A stretch of DNA of 64,000 nt from Desulfatiglandales bacterium (GCA_963667015.2 CAXXJJ010000004.1:1344001-1408000), one strand, 5' to 3'. Counted from the stretch's first letter, positions 8,141 to 19,189 are shown. Translations and numbers: made by a program. Notes: a model not told the origin generated them from the sequence alone.

Positions 8141-9551
8141 TCAGGCAGTTTTTCCGGAAGCAGCCATTGCTGCTGCCGCGCGTTCCTGGTTTTCCCTGGC
8201 GTATCTTGCGGCATCAGCGTCGGTAATTTTGTAGAAGAACTGCATTATTATGGCTGCAATTAAACAGAACGCTGCAGGAAACAGTCCAAACATCATCATG
8301 AATTTATCGATGAATTCGGGTGTTTGTTCCATATTCGGCTGATATCCGATCTTCCCCAGGACAATCATAGGAACAGAGCCGCCGATCAGCAGACCGATCT
8401 TGAAAGGTATATTCATCATGCCATTGGCTACCGAGCGGTTGTCCTTGCCTGTCTTATGCAGATGGTACTCGCCGGTGTCAATTGTATAATTGGCATTAAA
8501 ACAAAAATAGAAGTACATTGTTAAAAAGAAAAAACTGTAAAAAATTATATAGGCAACAGCAGATGTCCGCGCAAAAAAGTAAACCAGGACCAGCGCCAGG
8601 CACTGGCAAAGCAAACCTGTAACCATAGCAGTGTTTTTTGCCCAGCATAACGCCGATTTTCGGACCTATAAATGCTCCCTGCAATAGCAACCAACGTTCC
8701 GGCATTGTCATAGAGTATGTCATCAGCATTACGTCGCCCAGAACATAGGTAAAATAATGGACTGCAAGAGTCATTATTGTGTACTGGGCAATATAAGAAG
8801 AGGACATAACCAGGATCAGAATAAGCAGCTGGTCATTCGTCACCACTGATATGATCATATCAATAACCCTGACGCCCGGGCCGGAACTTACCGGGGTAGT
8901 TTCTTCATATTTTCTGGCAGATTTTGCAAGGAAATGACAGCCGAACATATAGGGAAGAACACAGACTATACCCATGACAAAGTATGCATAATTGCTGCCG
9001 ATCACAGGAGTAAGTACTTTTTCAATTATGGGGACAAGAGATATACTGCCGATAAATGTTGCAATTGTAACACCCTGTGTGCCTCTGAATGCCAGCATAT
9101 TCCTTTTTTCCAGGGATGTTCCGCCCATGATTGCAAGGACATTGAACTGAGATGTCTGGATAAAGTTCATTGAAAGATTAATCATGCAGTAGGCAATAAA
9201 TATAATAACTAATTTGACTGTAAGCGACATAGACGATGTATCTGCGAACATCAGGATCACGCCGCAGCCGATCAGCCAGCGGGTGGCGGTTATCCATTTG
9301 CTGTAATAAATGCCTTTTTCCCGTGTTTTCTGAATGATGCCCCCGGACACAAGCCCGGCTGCAACGTCAAAAACACGGGCGATACCCACGACAGTACCGA
9401 CAAGCGCAGCGCTGATCAGCAGATTATCCGTAAAAAATATGTTCATGAATGTTGTAGGCATCATAAGAAAGAGCATCTCGGAAGTCATATAAAAGGCATA
9501 ATTAAAAATATCAGTTCGAGAAAGGCTGCTGGCGTTATTCGTACGGCTCAT
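8141..9551 (-). pseudogene. Frameshifted GPH/MelB-type MFS transporter (ORFs 8496-9551 and 8141-8626)
   Basis: N-half with ARVFD motif and C-half ending FFYKITD are joined by removing one base in the A6 run at 8634-8639 (LGKNTAMVTG). Confidence 0.8.
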
Positions 9552-9633
9552 GTATCGATCTCCTTAATAAAAAAACATGAAACATCTACAGGTTCATAAA
9601 TTTTAACAGGTTTAATAACATGAAAGACTTTAA

Positions 9634-9665
9634 TCCGCCTTTGCATTAAAGCTATGGCGGACAAG
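9634..9665. repeat. Short REP-like hairpin TCCGCC-TTTGCATTAAAGCTAT-GGCGGA-CAAG
   Basis: Intergenic GC-rich palindrome in AT-rich DNA. Confidence 0.4.
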
Positions 9666-9838
9666 ATGCAGTAATACGTCATACACGGACAGAAATAATG
9701 GACTAGGTTTAAAATTATTGGATTGGAAAAGCAAGAGGTTTTTCAATGATCAGTAAACAGTAATAAATTATTAATGAAAAAAGAAGACTATAGGCTTTCA
9801 GGGAAAGATACAAACCTGAATTCTCTTATCAGGATAGT

Positions 9839-9890
9839 CGTGGAATGACGAAAAACCTGATAAGGTTATAGCCCGTCATTCCACGTTTTT
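9839..9890. repeat. 12-bp perfect inverted repeat CGTGGAATGACG/CGTCATTCCACG (terminator or REP-like)
   Basis: Arms 9839-9850 and 9874-9885, downstream of the SnoaL-like gene. Confidence 0.55.
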
Positions 9891-9933
9891 GTGCGTCAAA
9901 TACAGCAACAGTATCCCGAAAAAATGACAGGGT

Positions 9934-10470
9934 TTACCACGCCGGATTTTTAGCGGGTCCCCTCCATTTTTCATTGCCTTCATTATAGATAACACGTTTA
10001 CTGAAAAGCCACTCGCCATTAACCTTTATCATTTCATCCTCATAATGTCCGTAGCCGTCTAAAGCAGGTTTTTTGTCAGGGTTATCGTTGCCATAATGAA
10101 ACCAGTAGGACCGTCCATAAGCCTTGTCACCATCTATTTTAATAACAATATTGGTTATATTATGACGTCCCGAAGTAGGTACATCAGAATGATCAAAAAC
10201 AGCTCTGGACTCTTCAATCGCTTTTCGAATAGCATCACGGCCCTTGACCTGGTACTCGATAATATCCAGAACACCGTCTTCGGTGAATGTAGACACATAG
10301 GTGTCAAGATCGAAAAAATCCAGGGCAAAAAGGTAACGTGCCTGCAGGTCTTCGATCATGGCGCGGTCTTCAGCGTAATTACCTGCTTCTTTTTCAGCAG
10401 GAGCACATGCACCAAGTAACAGGGTAACTGCAGCAATAAAGCCGAATAAAATTCCTAAGTATTTCTTCAT
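9934..10470 (-). CDS. SnoaL/NTF2-like lipoprotein
   Basis: Lipobox LLLGAC; DRAMIEDLQARY..FTEDG..GRDAI..GHYEDEMIKVNGEWLFSKR. Confidence 0.85.
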   Translation of the reverse strand: MKKYLGILFGFIAAVTLLLGACAPAEKEAGNYAEDRAMIEDLQARYLFALDFFDLDTYVSTFTEDGVLDIIEYQVKGRDAIRKAIEESRAVFDHSDVPTSGRHNITNIVIKIDGDKAYGRSYWFHYGNDNPDKKPALDGYGHYEDEMIKVNGEWLFSKRVIYNEGNEKWRGPAKNPAW

Positions 10471-10637
10471 TTGATTTCTCCTCTATTTATTTTCTATTCC
10501 CATCCTGTCTTTGTGCCACAAGGCAGCACAAGCCAGTTTGCCTCAATAAGGCGAAAATCATTCCAGTCTCTTTATGTAGTTTTCCTTTTATCACGCTTCC
10601 GATTCACTATGATTATGATCAAGCTGTAAATCGTCAT

Positions 10638-11987
10638 TTAAAAGCTGTTTTTACGCCTGCGGTATTCCCTCAACAGGAATGCCAGAATAACAACAAAGCC
10701 AAGCACATCGGAAATGGGAAGCGCAAGCCAGATTCCTGTCAGGCCAAACAGATACTCAAGCAGGTAAAGTAAAGGAACAAATAGAATAAATTGCCGGGCC
10801 AGTGACAGCCATAAAGCCATTCCGCCCATTGATAATCCCTGAAAAGCCGTGATAAAGAGGATACTCGGGCCGATAAAAATCATTGCCGAAAGCATAACAC
10901 GCATGCCAGGCACAGCGACCCTGAGTGTTTCCGGATCTTTTATGAAAATACCGGCAACTTCCGGTGTCCATATTTCATATATGACAGTAAAAACCGCAAG
11001 GAGAATAACGATACCAATTGATGAGAGCTTAATTGATTTCCAGAGTCGTTCCTGGTTTCCTGCCCCGAAGTTATAACCCACCACTGGCAGCAAGGCGTTT
11101 GATACTCCCATAATCGGCATAAATGCCAGGTCTGAAAGGCGTATTGCAATACCTACCGCAGCGATTGGTACTGAACCATAAATTGATACCACATTGTTAA
11201 AGAGAACAAAGGCAAGACTTTCTGTTACCTGCTGAATGGATGCAGGTGCACCAACACGGTATATTTTTTTTATTATCAGCCACCTGGGTATCAGACTCTC
11301 CCTGTCAAACCTGAAAGTGGTCCTGTTACCCAGAAGATAGTAAATACCAAGCAGCATACCGGCCCCCTGGGCTATAACCGTGGCAAGTGCTGCTCCTTTT
11401 ATTCCCATCTCGGGAAAAGGCCCAAGCCCGAGAATTAAAAAAGGATCAAGTATTATATTTAAAAAACTTGATGTTATCATGATTATTGTAGGCTTGACGA
11501 TATCACCCGAACCCCGGATAAGACTCCCGGCAAGCAATACAAATACATTGGCTGTGGCGCCAAATGAGGTAACAACAAGGTATATCTTTGCAAACTTCAT
11601 GATATCCCCGGTTGCCCCAAAGGCAACAAGGATTTTATCAGGAAACAGTATCGCAGGTACAAGGAAAATCAGACCCCAGAAAATGCTTAAACAAAAAATC
11701 TGACCGGCCGCCAGATTTGTGGCTTTTATGTCCTTCTCACCAAAGTGTCTGGATACAAGCGCTCCAATACCGGTGCCCGTACCCAGGCCGACTGCCATGG
11801 CAAGTATCTGATAGGGAAATACAATGGTAAGAGCCGCTATTGCCTCATGCCCAAGTCTCGATACCCAGAATGTATCAACAATATTATATAAACTTATGGC
11901 AATGGTAGCCGCCATACCGGGAAGGCTTAATTTAACAAGCAGTGATGCCAGTGGAGCGCTTCCCAGACGCTCGGTATGCTTCTGCAT
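10638..11987 (-). CDS. MATE family efflux transporter
   Basis: LYNIVDTFWV, LNIILDP, MGIKGAALAT, VGYNFGA. Confidence 0.93.
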   Translation of the reverse strand: MQKHTERLGSAPLASLLVKLSLPGMAATIAISLYNIVDTFWVSRLGHEAIAALTIVFPYQILAMAVGLGTGTGIGALVSRHFGEKDIKATNLAAGQIFCLSIFWGLIFLVPAILFPDKILVAFGATGDIMKFAKIYLVVTSFGATANVFVLLAGSLIRGSGDIVKPTIIMITSSFLNIILDPFLILGLGPFPEMGIKGAALATVIAQGAGMLLGIYYLLGNRTTFRFDRESLIPRWLIIKKIYRVGAPASIQQVTESLAFVLFNNVVSIYGSVPIAAVGIAIRLSDLAFMPIMGVSNALLPVVGYNFGAGNQERLWKSIKLSSIGIVILLAVFTVIYEIWTPEVAGIFIKDPETLRVAVPGMRVMLSAMIFIGPSILFITAFQGLSMGGMALWLSLARQFILFVPLLYLLEYLFGLTGIWLALPISDVLGFVVILAFLLREYRRRKNSF

Positions 11988-12041
11988 AAATCCCTCTGAA
12001 TTAATAATTTGGAATAAGAACAGTTAATAATGTGAACAGTG

Positions 12042-12070
12042 ATGTTAATTAACTTTGGCTATGCTGTCAA
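12042..12070 (-). promoter_or_regulatory. Putative sigma70 promoter of MATE gene
   Basis: TTGACA-17 nt-TAACAT. Confidence 0.5.
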
Positions 12071-12345
12071 TCTTCAGATTACAATATTGCCATCTTTATA
12101 ACTCAAATAGTTTTGAGATGATTCAGATTATTTTTTACTCAGATTCCTTATATCGCTTATTTCTTCGGCATCTTCCGGTATTTAATAAAAGCAGCCGCCA
12201 GGTATACAGCATATTGCTTCCCGTACCGGTCCAGCCTGAACCCTGTTCCCTTACACTCCGACAGGTAACAGGAGACACTTCAAGTGTCCGAGCCAATATG
12301 TATGATCAGTTATTTGTTAGATTATGAAAACAGGCGTTTTAAAAG

Positions 12346-12379
12346 AAAGTTTCAGGACAGTCTTTTGTCCTGAAACTTT
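12346..12379 (-). terminator. Intrinsic terminator after cold-shock gene
   Basis: 14-bp perfect stem AAAGTTTCAGGACA/TGTCCTGAAACTTT with flanking A/T runs. Confidence 0.7.
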
Positions 12380-12401
12380 TTATGGCTGATATTGCAGTTA
12401 A

Positions 12402-12605
12402 CTATATCACTGTTACATTTTTTGCAGTAGGACCTTTCTGCCCCTGTTCAACATCAAATGAAACCTTGTCTCCTTCTTTAAGGGACTTAAAACCCGTTGA
12501 ATTGATAGCTGAGTGATGGACAAAGACATCTTTACCACCGTCTTCCTGTTCGATAAAACCAAAGCCTTTTGAGTCGTTAAACCATTTTACTGTACCTTTA
12601 GCCAT
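12402..12605 (-). CDS. csp: Cold-shock protein (CspA family)
   Basis: [24 protein letters not shown]. Confidence 0.97.
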   Translation of the reverse strand: MAKGTVKWFNDSKGFGFIEQEDGGKDVFVHHSAINSTGFKSLKEGDKVSFDVEQGQKGPTAKNVTVI

Positions 12606-12877
12606 GTTGGCAATCTCCTGAATAAAATTACTAGTTTCAAATCACGGGCCAATCCCACTTTGTTACCAGAAAGTGCACTGCATATTCCAGATAACTCTCC
12701 CCATAATTATGATTTTTGACAAAAAATCAAGCTTTATTCGATAATTATGAAAAAAAAGATAAATGCAAGATTACATTTCAGGGAGATCAGACACCGGTTC
12801 AGATCTTTAAACAACTTTTAAAAAAGGTAATATGCCCACAGATTCATAGGTTTAACAGGATTTGGATTATTGACTTA

Positions 12878-12906
12878 TTGATAATAGTTATGAAGTATTT
12901 TATAAT
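12878..12906 (+). promoter_or_regulatory. Putative sigma70 promoter of hybrid kinase
   Basis: TTGATA-17 nt-TATAAT. Confidence 0.5.
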
Positions 12907-13102
12907 TTCTGATTAGATTGTTATTATACTCTAATGGGAGTAATGGCAAGTTAGCAGCTCATTCAAGTTTAGCCTTAATTGTTACCTGTACTGACCTTTC
13001 ATGATCCTTTAGCAGGCCATAAAAACATCTGAGTCGAAAAGCATAAAACAACCCAAAGCAGCCTATTTCATTTTGGCAAAATCTGGCAGACAGGGGGCTC
13101 AA

Positions 13103-16100
13103 ATGCCTAATAAATTCACCTATAAAGAACTGGAAAAATCTAATTCAGAACCTGAAAAAAAAGAAGAATCTCTTAAAAATAGCATTCTGGCTATTACCAT
13201 ACCGCTTAATGGTCTTGAAAACATCAAGTTTAAAGACCTGTTTAATATTGATGATATTCAACAATTGCAGGACGAATTTGCCAATGCCACAGGTGTAGCC
13301 TCAATCATCACCACTATAGATGGAACCCCGATAACCAAACCCAGTAATTTCTGTCGCCTATGCAGCGACATTATTCGAAAAACTGATAAGGGTCGTGTCA
13401 ACTGCTATAAATCCGATTCAGTGATAGGAAGCTTATCTCCAGGCGGGCCAACTATTCAGCCGTGTATGAGTGGTGGACTCTGGGATGCTGGCGCTGCCAT
13501 TTCAGTAGAAGGAAGGCACATCGCGAACTGGCTGATAGGCCAGGTTAGAGATGAAACTCAAACAGAAGAAAAAATACGGGAATATGCAAAGGAAATAGGA
13601 GCAAATGAGGCGGCTGTAGTAGAGGCATTCAGGGAAGTGCCCGGAATGTCCCGGAAGAAATTTGGGCAAATTGCTCAAATGCTCTATACCCTTGCAAACC
13701 AGTTATCCGCTTCAGCATATCAAACTCTACTGCAGGCGCGCTTTCTTGAAGACAGTAAAAAGGCAGAAGATGCATTGAAAGAGGGGGAAGCACAGCTGCA
13801 CACATTTATACGGACCATTCCTGATCTGGTGTGGTTGAAGGATAAGGATGGGGTATTTCTATTATGCAATCATAAATTTGAAAGACTTATAGGAGCAAAT
13901 GAGAAGGATATAGTAGGCAAGACGGATTATGATTTTGTGAATAAGGAACTGGCAGACTTTTTTCGGGCGCACGACAGGCTTGCAATAGAAAAAGGAGAAC
14001 CCATTAGAAATGAAGAACAGGTTACCTATGCGGACGATGGACACCATGAAATCCTGGAAACTATCAAAACACCAATATACAGAGAGAACGGCCAGCTAAC
14101 TGGTGTATTGGGGATCGGGAGAGATATCACGGATAGAAAAATTTCCGAAGAAACAACACGCCTTAATGAAGCACGGCTTCTTGCCCTTTTAAAGCTTAAT
14201 CAAATGACAAAGGCACCGCTAAAGGACATAACAGACTTCGCGCTTGATGAGGCTGTTAGATTGACCGGCAGTAAAATTGGATACCTTGCCTTCATGAACG
14301 AAGACGAGACTGTCCTGACTATGTACAGCTGGTCTAAAAGCGCAATGAAAGAATGTAGAATTGAAGATAAACCAATTGTGTATTCTATAGAAAAAACCGG
14401 GCTTTGGGGTGAGGCCGTCCGGCAAAGGAAACCGGTTATAACAAATGACTACTCTCAAGAAAACATTTATAAAAAAGGCTATCCTGAAGGTCATGTAGCT
14501 ATCAAAAGTCATGTAAACATTCCTATTTTTGATGGAGATAAAATCGTAGCAGTAGCCGGTGTCGGCAACAAAGAAGAAACATATAATGATCTGGATGTTC
14601 AACAGGTGAGTTTATTGATTCAGGGGATGTGGATGATTGTAAAACGACAGCGGGATGAGGCATCATTGCATGAAGCCTACAATATTATCAATAGAAGCCC
14701 CGCAGTTACTTTTCTCTGGAAAAATGCCGAAGGATGGCCCGTAGAATTTGTTTCCGATAATGTAATAAAATTATTTGGCTATACTGCAGAAGAATTTATT
14801 TCGGGTAAGATCTCCTACGAGAAGACAATAGACCCACATGATATAGAAAGAGTAATGGAAGAAATTCGAATCAGCAGTGAAGAGAAAAAGAATGATTTTA
14901 CCCATAAACCATATAGAATTAAAACTAAAAACGGAATGACAAAGTGGCTTGATGATATGACATTCATACGGAGAGATGAATATGGAAATATCACTCACTT
15001 TGAGGGTATCGTCCTTGACATTACTGAACGTGTGAAGGCTGAGGAAGAAAGAGAAAAATTACGGAAGAAATTTCAAAGATCTCAGAAAATGGAATCCCTG
15101 GGTCTTCTGGCAGGTGGCGTGGCCCATGACCTGAATAACATACTGTCTGGAATCGTCAGCTACCCGGATTTACTTCTTCTTGACCTTCCTGAAGACAGCA
15201 GCCTCAGAAAACCAATCCAGACGATACAGGAATCCGGCAACAAGGCGGTCGACATTGTTCAGGACCTGCTGACCATCGCAAGGGGTGTCGCATCAACCAA
15301 GGAACCATTGAATATTAATGATTTTGTAGAAGAATACCTGACCTCACCCGAGTATAATAAACTTGTACAATTCAACCCCACGGTCAAGGTTAACTTAAAC
15401 CTTGATCCGGATTTGCTGAATATCAATGGATCCCTTATTCACATAAGAAAGGTTATAATGAATCTTGTATCAAATGCTTCAGAGGCTATTGAAGAAAGCG
15501 GGAATATATATATATCAACAGAGAACCGCTATATTGATACTCCGCTGAAGAGATATGAGGATGTTAATATAGGGGAATATGTAGTTCTATCTGTGTCTGA
15601 CGACGGTCATGGCATTCCATCCGATGACCTTGAGAAGATTTTTGAACCGTTTTTTACCAAGAAGATAATGGGTAGAAGCGGTACTGGTTTGGGTTTAGCA
15701 GTCGTCTGGAATATTTTACAGGATCATGATGGATACATAGATGTTTTAAGTACTGGAAATGGAACAACATTCGAATTATATTTTCCGATTATCAGAGAGG
15801 CATTTGTTCATAAACCCTTGTCCATACCCATAGAAGATCTGAAAGGAGATGGCGAGAAGGTCCTGATCGTCGATGACATTCAAACCCAGAGAGAGATATC
15901 ATGCTCAATATTAGAAGCATTGGGTTATAAACCCGTTCCGGTTTCAAGTGGTGAGGAAGCGGTTGAATATCTGAAGGAAAATACTGTTGATTTGGTTTTA
16001 CTTGATATGATTATGGAGCCGGGGATGAGCGGCAGGGAAACCTATGAAAAAATTATTAAAATACACCCCAAACAAAAGGCCATCATCGTCAGCGGATTCG

Positions 16101-16213
16101 CTGAGACAGATGATGTAAAGAATGCTCAGAAAATAGGAGCAGGCCAATATATTAAAAAACCTCTAACGTGGGAAAAAATAGGAATAGCCATCAAAAAAGA
16201 GCTTAAGAATTAG
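13103..16213 (+). CDS. Hybrid sensor kinase PocR-PAS-GAF-PAS-HisKA-HATPase-REC
   Basis: PocR Cys pattern (NFCRLC..NC..PC..GLWD), H-box [16 protein letters not shown], receiver LLDMIM; ATG 13103 follows a G-rich RBS. Confidence 0.92.
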   Translation: MPNKFTYKELEKSNSEPEKKEESLKNSILAITIPLNGLENIKFKDLFNIDDIQQLQDEFANATGVASIITTIDGTPITKPSNFCRLCSDIIRKTDKGRVNCYKSDSVIGSLSPGGPTIQPCMSGGLWDAGAAISVEGRHIANWLIGQVRDETQTEEKIREYAKEIGANEAAVVEAFREVPGMSRKKFGQIAQMLYTLANQLSASAYQTLLQARFLEDSKKAEDALKEGEAQLHTFIRTIPDLVWLKDKDGVFLLCNHKFERLIGANEKDIVGKTDYDFVNKELADFFRAHDRLAIEKGEPIRNEEQVTYADDGHHEILETIKTPIYRENGQLTGVLGIGRDITDRKISEETTRLNEARLLALLKLNQMTKAPLKDITDFALDEAVRLTGSKIGYLAFMNEDETVLTMYSWSKSAMKECRIEDKPIVYSIEKTGLWGEAVRQRKPVITNDYSQENIYKKGYPEGHVAIKSHVNIPIFDGDKIVAVAGVGNKEETYNDLDVQQVSLLIQGMWMIVKRQRDEASLHEAYNIINRSPAVTFLWKNAEGWPVEFVSDNVIKLFGYTAEEFISGKISYEKTIDPHDIERVMEEIRISSEEKKNDFTHKPYRIKTKNGMTKWLDDMTFIRRDEYGNITHFEGIVLDITERVKAEEEREKLRKKFQRSQKMESLGLLAGGVAHDLNNILSGIVSYPDLLLLDLPEDSSLRKPIQTIQESGNKAVDIVQDLLTIARGVASTKEPLNINDFVEEYLTSPEYNKLVQFNPTVKVNLNLDPDLLNINGSLIHIRKVIMNLVSNASEAIEESGNIYISTENRYIDTPLKRYEDVNIGEYVVLSVSDDGHGIPSDDLEKIFEPFFTKKIMGRSGTGLGLAVVWNILQDHDGYIDVLSTGNGTTFELYFPIIREAFVHKPLSIPIEDLKGDGEKVLIVDDIQTQREISCSILEALGYKPVPVSSGEEAVEYLKENTVDLVLLDMIMEPGMSGRETYEKIIKIHPKQKAIIVSGFAETDDVKNAQKIGAGQYIKKPLTWEKIGIAIKKELKN

Positions 16214-16319
16214 ATTTACATTTCAGCACTCATCCTTTTCGGGTGATTTGAGCTAAACTTAAATTATTAAAAAGTTGAACTTCTCCACCCTCTACATCGC
16301 ATCCATATATCCGGTGATC

Positions 16320-16757
16320 CTATTTTCCTGACATCACCCTGTTAACATATGTTGTAAATTCATTTGAATATTTATCATAATTAATTGATGTCCAGTTGCT
16401 TCTGTACATTTTATAAAATAATTTTTTTCTGAACATGCCGTCCCATTGCATCCAAATATCATCCGACATCTCCCCCCTGTTATGATAGTGAAATGCTTTT
16501 TGCCAGAATTCCCAAAAATCAAATCCCCTGTTAGTAACCTGCTTTTTATCAGGCTCCGGGTTTCCGACAAACATACTGTCTTTATACCTGTTTCTTGCTT
16601 CCTCTTCATAAAGCAGGCGCAGTTCATGGGCACTTATCATGGCTTCAGCCAGTTCCGGATGACTGAAGGCCAGAGAAATCATTTCATTGTTCAGTGCCCT
16701 TGTTTTATTTGCCAGCTGTATCTTTCGCTCCTGATAGGTGCGTATGGTCTTGCCGTG
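16320..16757 (-). pseudogene. Probably 5'-truncated hypothetical gene
   Basis: Frame of ORF 16320-16682 stays open to 16757 without a convincing start or RBS. Confidence 0.5.
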
Positions 16758-17173
16758 CTATAGGAAATATAATTGAATATCGGCCCCAGTATCCATTGGT
16801 GTAGATGGATTTCAGAAGAAAAACTCCCATCCTGTTTCACATAAACATTTTTCCCGCAGACCTTGATGGTCAACGCATTATTGAAAAAGGGAAGCCCTAA
16901 CCGAGTTGCTGTGGATGAAATGTCTATGGATCGGATTTTTTCCTTCATTAACTCTATTGTCCTTTCAATATCCTCTTCTATTTCATTTGTTTTTTTAGTG
17001 TACCCTCCATACTGATCAATTACATCTTTTCCAAGCCTGGGACATTCATCCAGATTTTTTTGTCCCCTGGCTACAGTTGCTGCAAATGCCAGGCATGTAG
17101 CATAATTACTTTCTCTGCAATTTGATTTATCCAGTATCTTAATGATGTCCATCGTATTATTGAGTTGTGCCAT
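16758..17173 (-). pseudogene. 3'-truncated Fe-S domain / DUF3786-like protein
   Basis: KSNCRESNYATCLAFA..DECP (second Cys replaced by Ser); family-like sequence ends near YISYS. Confidence 0.65.
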
Positions 17174-17400
17174 GGGATTTCCCTCTTTTATTGTATTTAC
17201 CCATATTAAATACAACACAACTTTATAAAAAAAATCCCCCATATGAGGGATTAATGTTAAAGATAAAACCTATTGAACTTGCCCCGGACCTGGAAAACCT
17301 GAGCGATTTTTTAAGTCCTATTCCCTTCAATGTTATATACAGGGTGATTTGAATAAATATTTTTATAACCCTGTTAACTTTCTTATGGTACTCTTAGGTA

Positions 17401-17553
17401 GTGCCCATCCAAAAACTGTCGTTTTTGAATAGCCGCGGTCAGCTGTCAGCGTTCAGCTTTTGGCTAAATGCTTTTAAAGCAGAGCTTTAGCTGACGGCTG
17501 ATAGCTGAATGCTGAAAGCTCCATCCGGATTTTTGTTATTTCTGGATGGACAC
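17401..17553. mobile_element. MITE-like element (153 bp) with internal inverted heptamer repeats
   Basis: TIRs GTGCCCATCCAAAAA / TTTCTGGATGGACAC (13/15), TA on both sides, no ORF. Confidence 0.65.
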
Positions 17554-17563
17554 TAGTGTCATG

Positions 17564-18226
17564 TCAACAATCAAAGGTCGGATAAAGTCGTTTTAGTTTA
17601 ATACGAGCATTATCTGTAGTGAACTGCCAATTTACCTTTGCTTTTTTGTTGTTCCTAGCTTTTTGCCAGGCATCCACTTCTTTTCTGACAGTATCAATGT
17701 CTTCGATTCTTCTTTTAAGACATTGCCCTGAAAGTACATTTAGTTCTATTTCCGCCATGTTCAACCAACTCCCATGTTTAGGAGTATATACAAATTCAAA
17801 TTTATCCCAAATGGCTTTTGCTTTTTCAGGAGAAAAGGTTTCGTATAAGGAGCCAGGAGTATGAGTGTTCAGATTGTCCATTACCAATGTTATTTTTTCG
17901 GCATCCTTATATTGCTCAGCTATCTTTTCTACAAAATGAGCCCAGTCCTGTTTCTTTTTACTTTCCGTGACGGCCACCATTCGTTTTCCTGCAAGTGGCT
18001 CACAAGACAGGAAAATATTACATGTTCCATTGCGTTTATATTCATAGTCATGCTTCATAGGTTGTCCTGGTGATGCAGGGATTGGAATCCTTGTCTCCCC
18101 AATAAGCTGTTTCGGTGATTCATCCATGCATACAACTGGAAATCTTGGATTAAAAGGGCGCTTGTAAACATCCAAAACCATTTCCATGTTTGCGACAAAA
18201 GCGCCACTTCCATTAGGCGGTATCAC
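17564..18226 (-). CDS. IS630 transposase OrfB (DDE domain)
   Basis: VCMDE, LVMDN, YTPKHGSWLNMAEIE. Confidence 0.95.
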   Translation of the reverse strand: MIPPNGSGAFVANMEMVLDVYKRPFNPRFPVVCMDESPKQLIGETRIPIPASPGQPMKHDYEYKRNGTCNIFLSCEPLAGKRMVAVTESKKKQDWAHFVEKIAEQYKDAEKITLVMDNLNTHTPGSLYETFSPEKAKAIWDKFEFVYTPKHGSWLNMAEIELNVLSGQCLKRRIEDIDTVRKEVDAWQKARNNKKAKVNWQFTTDNARIKLKRLYPTFDC

Positions 18227-18702
18227 CCAACCTTTTCGTTGCCATGGTTTGATTTCGTTTTTTTTAATATCCGTCTCACTGCTTCATGAGAAATACCATC
18301 GATGTAATTGAGTTCAACAACCTTATCAGCCAACATCCTTAATGACCATCGTGCAAAACCTTCTGGAGGGTCGCTGCAACTCAAAGCAATTAAATGGGCT
18401 TCAAAATCTCCATCAGCTTTTTTCTTATATGCTCGACTTCCTTTCGTGCCATTGAGTGCTATATCAAACCCTTCTTCGACAAAACGCTTCTTTACTCTGT
18501 CGATTTTTTTCATGCTTATCTTTAACACTCGGGATATTTCTTCATTTATAGATCGTGTTGTCTGAAATTCACCTTCATCGCATCCGAGTAAAATTAGTGC
18601 ATTAAGTATTTTCTGAGATCTGTGTTTGCCCTTTGATGATATTTTTTTTAGCTCTGTCCGCTCCTCTTTGGTTAAGGTCACAATATATTTTTTCATATTC
18701 AC
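18223..18702 (-). CDS. IS630 transposase OrfA (HTH); fused to OrfB by -1 frameshift
   Basis: PPEGFARWSLRMLAD; A8 slippery run at 18258-18265 gives LKK-NEIKPW. Confidence 0.92.
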   Translation of the reverse strand: MNMKKYIVTLTKEERTELKKISSKGKHRSQKILNALILLGCDEGEFQTTRSINEEISRVLKISMKKIDRVKKRFVEEGFDIALNGTKGSRAYKKKADGDFEAHLIALSCSDPPEGFARWSLRMLADKVVELNYIDGISHEAVRRILKKTKSNHGNEKVG

Positions 18703-18805
18703 CTCTTTTAAAGGTTAAACATGAAAAAAGCATACCATACATTTTACGACATTACAAGGTTGACGTGACACTAGGTAATTAAAATTTAAAAAACGGAGGG
18801 TTAAA

Positions 18806-19189
18806 ATGCATCAAATTAATAAGCACACTATTTTATCTGTCCTTACGATGGTTTTTGTCTTCGGCACGGCATTTGCCTTAGCCCAGGGGTCAGGAGAAAA
18901 AGACCTGAAGCTGTTTTTTAAACAGCACTGTGTAAAGTGCCATGGAGCGGACGGGTCAGCCCATGATGAAAAAGGTGAAAAGCTTAAAGGCGAGGACTTT
19001 ACTGACCAGGAATGGCAGCAGGATACAAGTGATGAAAAAATGGTCAAGGTTATAATGAAGGGGATATTTTTCGGTCTGGCCATGCCTTCTTTTAAAGATG
19101 AACTCACAAAGGAAGAGGCAGAAAAACTGGTTACCGAGATTGTCCGTAAAAGCAAAAAGGGAAAAATCATTGCTCCGGACACCAAATAA
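18806..19189 (+). CDS. Monoheme cytochrome c
   Basis: Signal peptide, CVKCH, distal AMPSF. Confidence 0.9.
   Translation: MHQINKHTILSVLTMVFVFGTAFALAQGSGEKDLKLFFKQHCVKCHGADGSAHDEKGEKLKGEDFTDQEWQQDTSDEKMVKVIMKGIFFGLAMPSFKDELTKEEAEKLVTEIVRKSKKGKIIAPDTK

Larger units (their letters stand above)
17556..18771 (-). mobile_element. IS630-family insertion sequence (1216 bp)
   Basis: IRs GTGTCATGTCAAC / GTTGACGTGACAC (12/13); TA at 17554-17555 and 18772-18773; two-ORF transposase. Confidence 0.95.

Noticed and set aside
10495..10560. Minus-strand GGCAAAC...GGCACAAAG resembling a c-di-GMP-I riboswitch
   Set aside because: Lacks the GAAA tetraloop stem and the downstream receptor stem
17254..17352. 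32-codon ORF MLKIKPIELAPDLENL with RBS
   Set aside because: Too short and no recognisable family; may be a gene stub but cannot be supported
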